Translations under genes and position numbers: made by a program
The notes under the pieces: generated by a model
Databases searched by the model: none
What the model saw: only the letters and a program-made list of their open reading frames with translations
Told to the model about the DNA's origin: nothing
Part shown: piece by piece, positions 1-7,542 of the stretch
Layout of the letters: every line of letters begins with the position of its first letter
Numbering within the stretch: position 1 is the stretch's first letter
DNA from: an uncultured delta proteobacterium
Lineage (GTDB): Bacteria > Myxococcota_A > Polyangia > Polyangiales > Polyangiaceae
Assembly (NCBI GenBank): GCA_963841435.1
Contig: CAWJCS010000001.1
Coordinates: forward strand, 1-64,000
Direction: 5' to 3'
Length of the DNA stretch: 64,000 bases

Positions 1-556
1 CCCGGGAGGTATTCTGCAAGCGTCGGCAGCGCTGGCGCAAGAGACGCCTTTGGTTCGTGGACGAGAGTGGGGTCAACCTCGCGCTCACGCGGGCAAACGG
101 TTGGGCTCCGCGCGGCGAGCGGCTCGTCGACCACGTTCCGGGCAGGCGCTGGGAGAACTTCTCGCTGATTGCCGCGCTGTCGCTCGACGGCGTGCATGCA
201 CCGTTGTTGCTGCCCGGCGCGATGAACACCGAGGCGATGCGCGTCTGGGCTCGGGAGTTCTCGTCCCGCTCCTGAAGCCGGGAGACATCGTCATCTGGGA
301 CAACCTGGGCATTCACACCGACTTCGAGGTGCGCCTCGCTGTCGAGTGCACCGGCGCGCGGCTCGAGTTCCTGCCACCCTACTCTCCCGACCTCAACCCG
401 ATCGAACTGGCCTGGTCGAAGGCGAAAGCGCTCCTGCGTCGCCTTGGTGCCCGCACGTGGCGACGACTGGTCTGCGCCGTCGCCGATGCGCTTCACGCGA
501 TCACGCCGGCCGACTCCGCCGGATGGTTCGGCCACTGCGGATACCCCTCTCCGTGA
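1..556 (+). pseudogene. IS630-family transposase, C-terminal DDE part, 5'-truncated by the window, with a frameshift near 258-262
   Basis: One frame reads [10 protein letters not shown]...GWAPRGER; the other continues VIWDN...[19 protein letters not shown], which are typical IS630/Tc1 DDE motifs. The frames switch at 'gagttctcgtc'. Confidence 0.88.
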
Positions 557-580
557 TCCATCTCATTGAAAACTGCTGTA
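1..580 (+). mobile_element. Right part of an IS630-family insertion sequence, ending ...ATTGAAAACTGCTG followed by TA (579-580)
   Basis: The transposase stops at 556, followed by a short AT-rich terminus and a TA dinucleotide, the known IS630 target. The left end is outside the window, so the inverted repeat cannot be confirmed. Confidence 0.65.
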
Positions 581-585
581 ACGGC

Positions 586-1094
586 TTAACGCCGAAAGAT
601 GAACGAATACAACAGGGGGAAAGCCCCAAGCATCAGATACAAGACGCTTGCGGCGAGGTTGCCTCGCAAGTTCGCGCGATCGAGGTCGTCGGGCTCCAAC
701 GCGAAATCCGGCGGCTTCCCCTCGGCGTCGAGCCGGTAGAACGTCTTCGGGCTGCACAACACAACCGCAATCCAGAGACGGTAGAAGGCGAAAGCGCTGA
801 ACGCCGGCGCTGCGGCGAACAAGACGTAAGGTTGCGCGGGCGTCCCAGTGAATAGGCTGAAGGAAGTCGCCACCGAGACGCACAATCGTGAACGAGAAAA
901 AGAGAAGCGGAAGGACGTTGAGCACTGCGACAGACAGAACGCAGCGCCAGAAGGCCGGGCCTTCGCGAAATGCGTGCGCCCACGCAAAAAGCTTTCCATC
1001 GGGGTTGGGCGCTCGCTGCGGTCCCGGCGAACACGGCAAACAGGATCGTGAAGATCGTCTGCGGGACGTTCAGCGTGAGCGTAGGCGGCGACAC
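586..1094 (-). pseudogene. Cassette 8: multi-pass membrane protein split by two apparent frameshifts (~988 and ~855)
   Basis: Hydrophobic segments continue across three frames: MSPPTL...QPRWK, then AWAHAFREG...VRLGGDF, then LFTGTPAQPY...YSFIFRR. The first shift sits in an A5 homopolymer. Confidence 0.6.
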
Positions 1095-1112
1095 GAGCCC
1101 TTTGATCCGTCT

Positions 1113-1189
1113 GCCTAACGTACCAGGGCGTGAAGCTGCGCGGGTCGAGCGCGAGCGAGGCCCGCGTCTGCTTCAGCCCGGAGTTGGAC
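1113..1189 (-). repeat. attC site (77 bp)
   Basis: Plus strand GCCTAAC...GGGCGTGAAGCTGCGCGGG...CCCGCGTCTGCTTCAGCCC...GTTGGAC, an imperfect palindrome with core sites. Confidence 0.9.
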
Positions 1190-1674
1190 GGCGGCGCGCA
1201 CGTAGGCGTTCCAGCGCTTCGAGCGCATCCCGGTCCAGCTCCTCAGCCGGGGGGCTCCAGGTGGTCTCCTCATCATACATCCAGTAGATTCCCACAATCT
1301 CACCAAGACCTAGCGAGTCGCCCGCGAACGTTGAGTCGCGCTCGGACGCTCCGCTGGCGTAGTAGGCGCCATTCACGATTCTGGAGATCGCGCCGATGGG
1401 CGAGATCTCCCTGGCAAGTGCACGACGCACAGAATCATCGATGATGAGTTGGGTTGCCTCGCCGCGACCTGGCAGTCGAAGGTGGAGCTCACGGAGCGCT
1501 GCGTCCGGGCCCCTCAACCTCCAAACGATCGTAGGTCTGGGGCGAGACCCCTGCCAGCGCAGCGAGGCTTGACGATTCGTAGCCATCCAGCAAAGCGCGA
1601 AGAGCGACCGCCGGCAGGTCATGAGGCGCGATAGTGCCCAGCACATAGTCCGCAAGACTTACGGCAAGCGTCAT
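1173..1674 (-). pseudogene. Cassette 7, gene 2: hypothetical alpha-helical protein, frameshifted near 1508
   Basis: MTLAVSLADYVLG...DRLEVEG (ORF 1489-1674) continues naturally as DAALRELHLRLPG...ALERLRARRRPTPG (ORF ending 1173). An RBS-like AGGGA precedes the ATG. Confidence 0.65.
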
Positions 1675-1687
1675 CGTTCCCTGTTTG

Positions 1688-2167
1688 TTATGGTTGGAAG
1701 AGCGTGCGCCCCATGCCGTCGAAGGCCTTCCTCAAGTCGCGGCTGTAGGCCTCCACGACGAAGGTGAAGTGCCCGCCCGCGTCAACGTGGATTCCGGGCG
1801 CCGAAGAACGCGACGTCATCGCGATTGTACAGCTCTGCTTGACGTAGTATTCGTGCGCGAGGCCACAGCGAAGAATGTTGTAGATATTGTGCTTCGCTCG
1901 CAGGTTCTTGTAGGCGGGACCGAGTAAGTCGAAGAACGAGTTGAAGTTCGCGGATGCGGTGCGGTGGTTGAACATGAGCTTGCCGCCGAACTCTGTGTAG
2001 CAAAGCAGACCCAACGCAGCGAGGAAGTTGCCGCCCCCGGGGAGGACGCCCAAGCGCCGAAGCGTACGCTGCCCGGATTTTCGCGCACTGACCTTGGCGA
2101 GTTGAATCTCGCGCCCGACGTCCGAGAAGATGAAGAGCTTGGCCTGATCGAACTCAGCGCGGTCCAT
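1688..2167 (-). CDS. Cassette 7, gene 1: hypothetical protein with an RxxxxH (HEPN-like) motif
   Basis: 159-aa ORF starting just after the attC core with a GGGGA RBS; contains IYNILRCGLAHEY. Confidence 0.75.
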   Translation of the reverse strand: MDRAEFDQAKLFIFSDVGREIQLAKVSARKSGQRTLRRLGVLPGGGNFLAALGLLCYTEFGGKLMFNHRTASANFNSFFDLLGPAYKNLRAKHNIYNILRCGLAHEYYVKQSCTIAMTSRSSAPGIHVDAGGHFTFVVEAYSRDLRKAFDGMGRTLFQP

Positions 2168-2180
2168 GACATCCCCGTCC

Positions 2181-2255
2181 GTCCAACGTACCAGGTTTCA
2201 GCTGCGCCGCCCGAGCGAACGCGAGGTCGGCGTCTGCTGCAAACCGGAGTTGGAC
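2181..2255 (-). repeat. attC site (75 bp)
   Basis: GTCCAAC gtacca GGTTTCAGCTGCGCCG ... CGGCGTCTGCTGCAAACC gga GTTGGAC; arms pair with extrahelical C and T bases. Confidence 0.93.
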
Positions 2256-2263
2256 GGCAGCGC

Positions 2264-2644
2264 TCAGACGCGCTCGACAAGGACGCGCTGGGCGTGAGTG
2301 GCCAGGGCCTCGAGGTCGTCCGGGTCCGTAGTGAGGACAGTCCCGCCGGGCTCGGCCATGGCCACGACGATCGCGTCGACCGCAGACCCGCGGCGAGCCC
2401 GGCGGCGCAAGAACGCGGCTCTCCGTGCGAGGCTCTCGGGAACGCCTTCGACGACGTCGCAGGTCTTTAGCAGCTGGTTCTCAGTCGCGTCCCGGCCGGC
2501 GTGTCCCTGGAGGCATTCGACCAGAACGACCGCGGGCACAGCGGGTGGCCATAGCGCCTCTTCCCGAAGCGCGACGATCAGCGCCACCGAAGCGCGGGAC
2601 CGCTCTGCGAGCCGGCTGACGGCGCCCGAGTCCAGAACGAGCAA
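2264..2644 (-). CDS. PIN-domain (VapC-like) toxin
   Basis: LVLDSGA N-terminus, VLVE, SAVDAIVVA and VLTTDPDDL give the conserved acidic PIN residues; 126 aa. Confidence 0.88.
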   Translation of the reverse strand: MLVLDSGAVSRLAERSRASVALIVALREEALWPPAVPAVVLVECLQGHAGRDATENQLLKTCDVVEGVPESLARRAAFLRRRARRGSAVDAIVVAMAEPGGTVLTTDPDDLEALATHAQRVLVERV

Positions 2645-2647
2645 CAG

Positions 2648-2896
2648 CTAGCCTACCTTGCGGGTCGCGCGCTTCGCGATTCGCTGTGCGAGCGCCTTCG
2701 CGCGGGACTGCTCGTTGGGCCCAGGTTCACCAACCTCCGCAATCAAGGCTGCCGTAAACCGGTCCGTCTCCGAAAGCAGGTCGCGCCGCCGCACCTCAGC
2801 TCGAACGGCGCTCTGCAGGAGCTCCGAGGCCGGCAGCCGCCGCTTCTTCACGAGACGGTAGAGGTCATCGGGCAAGTACACCTGCATCCGCGGCAT
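2648..2896 (-). CDS. Antitoxin with a ribbon-helix-helix-like N-terminus (VapB/CcdA-like)
   Basis: MPRMQVYLPDDLY...ASELLQSAVRAE; 82 aa, directly upstream of the PIN gene. Confidence 0.85.
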   Translation of the reverse strand: MPRMQVYLPDDLYRLVKKRRLPASELLQSAVRAEVRRRDLLSETDRFTAALIAEVGEPGPNEQSRAKALAQRIAKRATRKVG

Positions 2897-2903
2897 ACGC
2901 CTA

Positions 2904-2931
2904 ACTATACACCCTCGGCAGGTACCGTCAA
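2904..2931 (-). promoter_or_regulatory. Sigma70-type promoter of the TA cassette
   Basis: Minus strand TTGACG-N16-TATAGT, ending 7 nt before the antitoxin ATG. Confidence 0.7.
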
Positions 2932-2948
2932 CGCGCCCCTCTCTGTCC

Positions 2949-3023
2949 GTCCAACGTACCAGGTTTCAGCTGCGCCGGCCGAGCGATAGCGAGGGCGGCG
3001 TCTGCTGCAAACCGGAGTTGGGC
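2949..3023 (-). repeat. attC site (75 bp)
   Basis: Near-identical to 2181-2255; GTCCAAC...GTTGGGC. Confidence 0.93.
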
Positions 3024-3030
3024 AGCCCGC

Positions 3031-3516
3031 TCACCTCACCGTACAGTCGTCAGCCGCTTCGCGTAGCGCGGCGATCATCTCGTCGATGACCTGTTCGCGC
3101 GTTTGCTGAACGATTCGTGCATCGGCTAGGTCTAGCCCATCCCACGCCCACCAGGCGATGCTGCGGAGGCCGTCACCATCGACCTCGTCGCTGAGGGCGA
3201 GCTGGTATAGGGACCGGGCAATCTGATCGGCGCGCCTGCGATCGCGTTCAAGCCCGTCGGCCAAGATCCTGACGACGCCCCGCCTAACTTCACCCTCGTC
3301 CACCGAACCAGGAACTTCACGGAGGGCCGCGACGACGTCTGGCTCATACTTCCGACCAGACATGGCGACCTCGCACACCGTCCAGTGAGGATGGTCCTCA
3401 CCCTCAACAACGCGATCAGCCCATTCCACGGCGTCAGCTACTGACAGCGCCCCGATCTCGATCGCGCGTGCGAGAACCTCAGCCTCAGTCCGCGTAGTCA
3501 CCACAGCAGCCCGCAT
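3031..3516 (-). CDS. Cassette 5, gene 2: hypothetical protein (161 aa)
   Basis: ATG at 3516 overlaps the upstream stop (ATGA) after a GGAGG RBS; the gene ends just before the attC. Confidence 0.75.
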   Translation of the reverse strand: MRAAVVTTRTEAEVLARAIEIGALSVADAVEWADRVVEGEDHPHWTVCEVAMSGRKYEPDVVAALREVPGSVDEGEVRRGVVRILADGLERDRRRADQIARSLYQLALSDEVDGDGLRSIAWWAWDGLDLADARIVQQTREQVIDEMIAALREAADDCTVR

Positions 3517-3854
3517 CACGCCTCCGGCGGGACAACCCTTGCTCTCGGGATCCGCGTCCAGCCATCCGTCAGGAGAAGGCTGCAGGTGCGCCAACGGTCG
3601 GTGGCTAGTCCCCCGAGAGACCATGCATTCCCGAATGCGTCCTCCACGAGGTCACACTGGTCGAGAGCAAGCACCTCACCGACCGCAGACAGCCAGTACA
3701 GGACGTACTTGTCCTCGTGCGACCTGGCCGAACAGAGCGTGATCGCAAGCCACGTCGGCTCGATTCGCGTGGGCGGATCGCCGGCCCAGATCGCCGCCGG
3801 TGCGTCATCGGACGTTCTATCCAGAAATAGAATGACTCGTTCGACCCCGGACAT
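3516..3854 (-). CDS. Cassette 5, gene 1: hypothetical protein (112 aa)
   Basis: ATG shortly after the GTTGGGC core; translationally coupled to the next ORF. Confidence 0.65.
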   Translation of the reverse strand: MSGVERVILFLDRTSDDAPAAIWAGDPPTRIEPTWLAITLCSARSHEDKYVLYWLSAVGEVLALDQCDLVEDAFGNAWSLGGLATDRWRTCSLLLTDGWTRIPRARVVPPEA

Positions 3855-3865
3855 CGTCTTGGTCT

Positions 3866-3965
3866 GCCCAACGTACCGGCGTTCAGCTGCGGGTGCCAGA
3901 GGGAGCGGGTGAGCGCAGCGAGCCGGCGACCGACCAAGCCCGTCTGCTGCAACGCCAAGTTAGCC
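3866..3965 (-). repeat. attC site (100 bp)
   Basis: GCCCAAC..GGCGTTCAGCTGCGGG...CCCGTCTGCTGCAACGCC..GTTAGCC; the upstream gene's TAA stop lies in the core. Confidence 0.9.
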
Positions 3966-4613
3966 AGCCCGTGGAAGGAGGACCTTGGCGAGTTCGGTTA
4001 CCACAAGGGCGGCGTAGTCCTCATCCTTGATGGAGAACTCTCCAACGCCGTCCCGCTCGTTGAGGTTCAAGAAGACCTCCCCTTCGCCATCGGCGAGGAA
4101 GAGCTTCGCGGCGGTCCAGTTCCCCGGGGGCGTGGAGGAAAAGCTGGCGCCGATCTCCGGCTCCTCGAATCTGGTTTGGTTCGTTCCCAGTATCGCAATC
4201 GAACACGTCAGCTCCTCGGCAGCCGCGGGCCGGGGAAGTGTGCCCGAGAAAGAGAGCTCTTTTGCCACGCGGCGTAGGAACTCCGTACAGTCGGAACCGC
4301 CGCGGCGATGCAGCGAGAGCTTGGCGAAGGAGAACAGCCCACTACCTGTCGACTGCGAGGGGCCCTGGCGGAGCTCAAACTTGCACGATGGCGCGTCGTC
4401 GGTTGTCGCGAGGTACCGACGAGAGCCGTCCGCCGCTCCCGTGACGGCAAGATGAAATTGCGTTGGCGCGAGTCGGTGCTCCGAAGTCAACTTGGGTACG
4501 GCAGCGGCCTCGGGCGACGACGCAACGGCACCGGTCGTGGCCGGTCCTCGCGGAACGCGCGAGCAGGCGACCAAGATGGTCAAACAGACACCCAACCGAA
4601 CTCGAGACAGCAT
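3960..4613 (-). CDS. Cassette 4: putative lipoprotein (217 aa)
   Basis: Signal peptide with lipobox LVAC, GAGGG RBS, fills the cassette. Confidence 0.8.
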   Translation of the reverse strand: MLSRVRLGVCLTILVACSRVPRGPATTGAVASSPEAAAVPKLTSEHRLAPTQFHLAVTGAADGSRRYLATTDDAPSCKFELRQGPSQSTGSGLFSFAKLSLHRRGGSDCTEFLRRVAKELSFSGTLPRPAAAEELTCSIAILGTNQTRFEEPEIGASFSSTPPGNWTAAKLFLADGEGEVFLNLNERDGVGEFSIKDEDYAALVVTELAKVLLPRAG

Positions 4614-4625
4614 GTCCCTCTACCT

Positions 4626-4792
4626 GGCTAACGGCTTGGCGTTCACCTGCGGGCCCGACAAGCCTGGGAAGGACTTCCGGTGGGAAGACCGCCGGCTTCC
4701 CGGCAGGTGCGCGCAGCGCACCCTCGGGAAACGAGCCGGCGAGACAATTCCTTACTACTCGGAGGCCCGCCAGGTGCAACGCTGAGTTGGGC
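4626..4792 (-). repeat. Unusually long attC site (167 bp)
   Basis: GGCTAAC..GCGTTCACCTGCGGGCC ... GGCCCGCCAGGTGCAACGC..GTTGGGC, with nested internal stems GCCGGCT/AGCCGGC, TTCCCG/CGGGAA and GGTGCG/CGCACC. Confidence 0.85.
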
Positions 4793-4913
4793 AGCTTCGG
4801 TGTTGGACCGGCAGACAGCGAGCTGGTGAGTCGAAGTCTCGTCGATGACCTTCGCAGAAAGTACGTGCGATCGCCCGTTGGATCACCGGGGTGAGTTCGG
4901 CTAGAGTGGACTC

Positions 4914-6506
4914 GTGCACGACCTGCTTGACGCTCTGCTGCGGCGAGGATGGCTTCCTCGAGAGCTTCCCCCGTGTTTTTCAACCAGTGCATTTGCCGAC
5001 CTCGTAGCATTGGGGAACCTTCCAGTCGAAAGACCTTCAGGTGTTCCGGATGCCGAGCTCTGCGTGCATTCGATGCCGAGGTATGGAAGCCTGCGTAGAG
5101 ACCTTGCGCTGGTAAATCCCCGGGCGTACCTAGGATTGTGCCGAGAGGTAGCAGCCAACTGGCAGGAATTGAAAAGTCACTGTGAACGCTCATCCTTCTC
5201 GGCGAGCGGCCCTGTCATGCAGGCCAGTGGACGAGCCATCGAGCGCCGCGTGCCACGAACGAGTCTCGGAGAAGCACGCGCAAAGAACAGGAGCGGGGGT
5301 CGTGTCCTCCTCAAAGCAGACGTTGGACGATTCTACGGCACGATATACACGCACAGCATTCCGTGGGCACTTCACTCAAGGTCAGTGGCGAAAAGCAACA
5401 AGTCTGCCTCGCTGCTCGGAAACCGGCTGGATGCATGGCTTAGAAAGGGGCAGTCAGGTCAGACAGTTGGAATCCCAGTTGGCCCCGATACGTCGCTTCT
5501 TTTCGCGGAGATGATTCTGTCCTCCGTCGATGCACAGATCTTCGAGTCTCGACGCGGTGTTCGTGCGCTGCGCTACATGGACGACTTCGAGTTTGTTGTC
5601 GGTAGCAAGGACGAAGCCACCGAAGTGCAGGTCGTGCTGGAATCAGCGCTCGCCGCGTACCAGCTTGCACTCAACGCTGGCAAGACAAGTGTTGAGCAGC
5701 TTCCTCAGAGCCTTCAACGAACGTGGGCTACGGAACTCCGCCGGCATTCGCTCGGACTTGGTGACGAATGGGATGCAAAGGACATCGTCGGTTTTTTTAG
5801 CTCGGCGTTTGAACTTGCTCATCGATTCGAATCGGAGCCCGTACTGAACTTTGCGCTGGCTTGTATCCGAGAATCGGACGCGCCTTATACGGAGGGCGCT
5901 CAAGCAGTTTTAGAGGCGCTTATGCTTCAAGCGATGGTAGCTGAACCCGGGACGCATCGGTACGTTCTTGACCATTTCACCACCCATGGCGTCATTGACG
6001 TTGAGCGTCTCTCCGAAGTCTTAGTTGCACACATCGGTGAGAACGCGCGTGCTGGCCACATGAATGAGGTTGCCTGGGGATTGTGGGCGATCACTAGTCT
6101 GGAACTGAATGTCGGGCGCCGCCTATCGGGCACGATCGAGCACCTAAGAAACGACGTAGTCGCACTTCTCGCACTGCGAGCGCAAAATAAGGGTTTCGTT
6201 GAAGGAATCGACGTAACCGGCTGGCGCGCAATAGTCACCATGGGGTCACTCTACGGTCCGCATTGGCTGCTCACCTACGAGTCGCTTGTAAACAATTTGT
6301 TGTCACCGTCAGACAGGACGGCTGCCTTTTTGGAAGATGACTTCTTCTCGGCGCTGCGAGAAAGCGAAGTTTCGTTCTTTGCTCATCAGGGGGAGGAAGA
6401 GGACCAGGACGACGACGAGGACGACGACGGCGGCTACCTCGATGACGACGATGACGACGGCCTGTTCGAGCCGGCTTCCGCTTGGGAAGATGCCTACAGT
6501 CCGTAG
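4914..6506 (+). CDS. Reverse transcriptase of the UG/Abi (defence-associated, DRT-like) group, inverted within cassette 3
   Basis: Motifs ADVGRFYGTIYTHSIPWALH, GIPVGPDTS, RYMDDF and LNAGKT; N-terminal GWLPRELPPCF; long helical C-terminal region ending HWLLTYE, then an acidic tail. Confidence 0.92.
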   Translation: MHDLLDALLRRGWLPRELPPCFSTSAFADLVALGNLPVERPSGVPDAELCVHSMPRYGSLRRDLALVNPRAYLGLCREVAANWQELKSHCERSSFSASGPVMQASGRAIERRVPRTSLGEARAKNRSGGRVLLKADVGRFYGTIYTHSIPWALHSRSVAKSNKSASLLGNRLDAWLRKGQSGQTVGIPVGPDTSLLFAEMILSSVDAQIFESRRGVRALRYMDDFEFVVGSKDEATEVQVVLESALAAYQLALNAGKTSVEQLPQSLQRTWATELRRHSLGLGDEWDAKDIVGFFSSAFELAHRFESEPVLNFALACIRESDAPYTEGAQAVLEALMLQAMVAEPGTHRYVLDHFTTHGVIDVERLSEVLVAHIGENARAGHMNEVAWGLWAITSLELNVGRRLSGTIEHLRNDVVALLALRAQNKGFVEGIDVTGWRAIVTMGSLYGPHWLLTYESLVNNLLSPSDRTAAFLEDDFFSALRESEVSFFAHQGEEEDQDDDEDDDGGYLDDDDDDGLFEPASAWEDAYSP

Positions 6507-6532
6507 ACGCGACCTCCAGTCGGATCGTGTCT

Positions 6533-6606
6533 GCCCAACGTAGCAGGGTTCAGCGGCGTGGGCTGAGCGGAGCGATGCCCACGACCGTTGCAACCCGAAG
6601 TTGGCC
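6533..6606 (-). repeat. attC site (74 bp)
   Basis: GCCCAAC..GGGTTCAGCGGCGTGGGC...GCCCACGACCGTTGCAACCC..GTTGGCC. Confidence 0.9.
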
Positions 6607-6986
6607 CGCCCGAACGAAAGCCGGGTAGCGCGGTTTCAAGTAGCGAAAGAGAGGGTGCCGAAGTCGCGTGGCGTAGCGGGGAACGCGGCCGCGGCCGTGG
6701 TAGATCACCACGGCTGCGCAGGAGGCAGTGCAGCGGGAGCCGCACGGCGTGTGGGGTCAGCCTCGGAACGAAGGTCGCGCCGGACCGGGCGGAGGAGAAA
6801 GCAAGCGCGCGATGACTGATCCAGGATCCCGAGCCACGGAGCGAGTTGGCGAGCCGGGAGAGAAGGAAGCCTATCAAAGGATTCAAGTTGGACGCTCGCG
6901 TCGTGGCGCCGGGCTAGGGCGTGCGCGTCGATTGCGGCATCGAACACAAAACTCGAGAAGCCCCAAGCCCGTTGCGGTCGGGCCAA
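6539..6986 (-). other. Cassette 2: apparently ORF-less gene cassette
   Basis: Bounded by matching cores GTTGGCC/GGCCAAC. No ORF with convincing start, RBS and composition fits inside it; most listed ORFs run across the attC sites. Confidence 0.65.
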
Positions 6987-7056
6987 CGTAGCAGTGTTAA
7001 CCCGCGAAAGCCCGAGCGCAGCGAGGGTTTCGTCGGCGTTCAACACAAAGTTGGGC
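6981..7056 (-). repeat. attC site (76 bp)
   Basis: GGCCAAC..GTGTTAACCCGCGAAAGCCC...GGGTTTCGTCGGCGTTCAACAC..GTTGGGC. Confidence 0.9.
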
Positions 7057-7077
7057 AGCCCTGCGCAGTCCCGCGGA

Positions 7078-7542
7078 TCAGGGCGGTTTTGCTAAAAACG
7101 CACCGGGGCGCAGAGACTTCGCGATGAGGCGAGGAAGAGCGATTGAGCCGAGAGCGATGAGCCACGCCGCTGCAATAGGGACGAGGTCTCTCAAGAAGAT
7201 TAAGGGGGCCAGGACCGCGGGGATTGCGAGTAGGACGGAGAGGGTGAGTGCACCTGGCAGGTTCCTGTCGAACCACGGCAATCGCGCAGTGACCCAGGGG
7301 ACGAGCAGAAAGAAAGGGAGAGCACCGAGCAAACCCATGAGGACACGGGTGAGAATAAACCATTCAAGCGGCAATTCGCCTAGCGCCCAGCCGGGCATTC
7401 GAGTGGCGACAATCAGAAACGGAGCCAGGACAAAAGGGGCGGAAACAAGGCTGAGGCCGAACCAGCGGAGAGCAATGCCAAGCCGCCCGCGGGTTCGGGG
7501 CCAGGTTCGCAAATCGGGCGTGGGATCAAGCACGGCGACCAA
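7078..7542 (-). CDS. Cassette 1: hypothetical membrane protein with about four TM helices
   Basis: 154-aa strongly hydrophobic ORF ending just before the attC; TTG start uncertain. Confidence 0.65.
   Translation of the reverse strand: MVAVLDPTPDLRTWPRTRGRLGIALRWFGLSLVSAPFVLAPFLIVATRMPGWALGELPLEWFILTRVLMGLLGALPFFLLVPWVTARLPWFDRNLPGALTLSVLLAIPAVLAPLIFLRDLVPIAAAWLIALGSIALPRLIAKSLRPGAFLAKPP

Noticed and set aside
255-265. Programmed frameshift of IS630
   Set aside because: Programmed IS630 shifts occur at A-rich slippery sites between the HTH and DDE parts; this shift is inside the DDE domain with no slippery motif.
4914-6506. RT as a group II intron (attC-targeting IIC), retron or DGR
   Set aside because: No GTPQGG/YADD maturase pattern or intron ends, no retron VTG motif, and no TR/VR repeat pair seen. 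The YTHSIPWA/GIPVGP motifs point to the UG/Abi group.
1113-7056. Recurrent palindromic repeats as a CRISPR array or REP elements
   Set aside because: Spacing is gene-sized, the repeats vary, and they carry attC core sites next to an integron integrase; no cas genes are present.
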